From Octopus vulgaris (Eukaryota), in assembly GCA_951406725.2 (NCBI GenBank), contig OX597839.1, positions 24,428,001-24,492,000 of the forward strand: a stretch of 64,000 nt of DNA. Direction: 5' to 3'. A model generated the notes under the pieces. That model saw only the letters and a program-made list of their open reading frames with translations, was not told the origin of the DNA and did not search any database. Positions 63,561 through 64,000 of this stretch are shown one piece after another. Each line of letters starts with the position of its first letter. Positions within the stretch are counted from its first letter, which is position 1. The translations under genes were made by a program, and so were the position numbers.

Positions 63561-64000
63561 GAGAAAAGAGTATATGTGTATGTGTGCCTATATTATAAGG
63601 TATTCTACTAGTCTAATCCTGGATATTTCTATACCTCTGAGGTTTATATATCCTCACTCGTACTTTAGGGATAACATATCCAGACAGGCACTGTTCAAGA
63701 AACTCTGTTAAAATCTAAGTTAAGGCTAACTGCATTGAATGATAAGAAATATATCCTAGGATTAGTCGAGGTAAACAATTCCAATCTAATTAATCAGATA
63801 GGAAAATCCTTGGTTCACTTCGGAGGATTATAAATAGTTTAGTTAATGTACACCCAAGACAATTCCCCAAAAATAAGGAGAATTATAGGTCTACACAGTT
63901 TTTTATTATTAAAGCCAGCTATACAGCATATTTAATTTAAATCTCTATCCCAGCATATTGTTTCTCCTTAAATATACATATATATATATATATATAGATA

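Overview
Eukaryotic, AT-rich, microsatellite-saturated genomic DNA, almost certainly from an octopus (inferred from the tRNA-derived SINE families, (TA)n/(CA)n/(GA)n load and very low gene density). Only one convincing coding exon is present: minus strand, 26654-27154, with ATG at 27101, a low-complexity N/S/Q/P N-terminus and the motif FTFEDVIYKAG-, typical of the start of SLC22-type MFS transporters. The rest looks intronic or flanking. Nearly all other ORF-track entries are microsatellite or SINE translations. Mobile DNA includes at least four SINE families (more than 40 copies or fragments), RTE and CR1 LINE 3' ends, two 221-bp TTAA/piggyBac-type MITE families (one occurring as a MITE-spacer-MITE composite), hAT- and mariner-type MITEs, and a non-autonomous Helitron (one single copy, one head-to-tail dimer). 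The most striking hidden signal is a set of about 9 short elements, unrelated in sequence, mostly next to (TA)n tracts and often built as fold-back palindromes. Seven carry a recognisable type I hammerhead ribozyme fold with the short palindromic stem III of Penelope-like elements/retrozymes; two more show only remnants. The core 3-8 pair covaries across them (C-G at 17772 and 42524; U-A at 21380 and 20745; G-C at 17601/17564). The element at 21114-21581 is a 362-nt terminally redundant monomer whose U3:A8 hammerhead has an extended, bulged stem I. All folds were done by eye; activity is untested.
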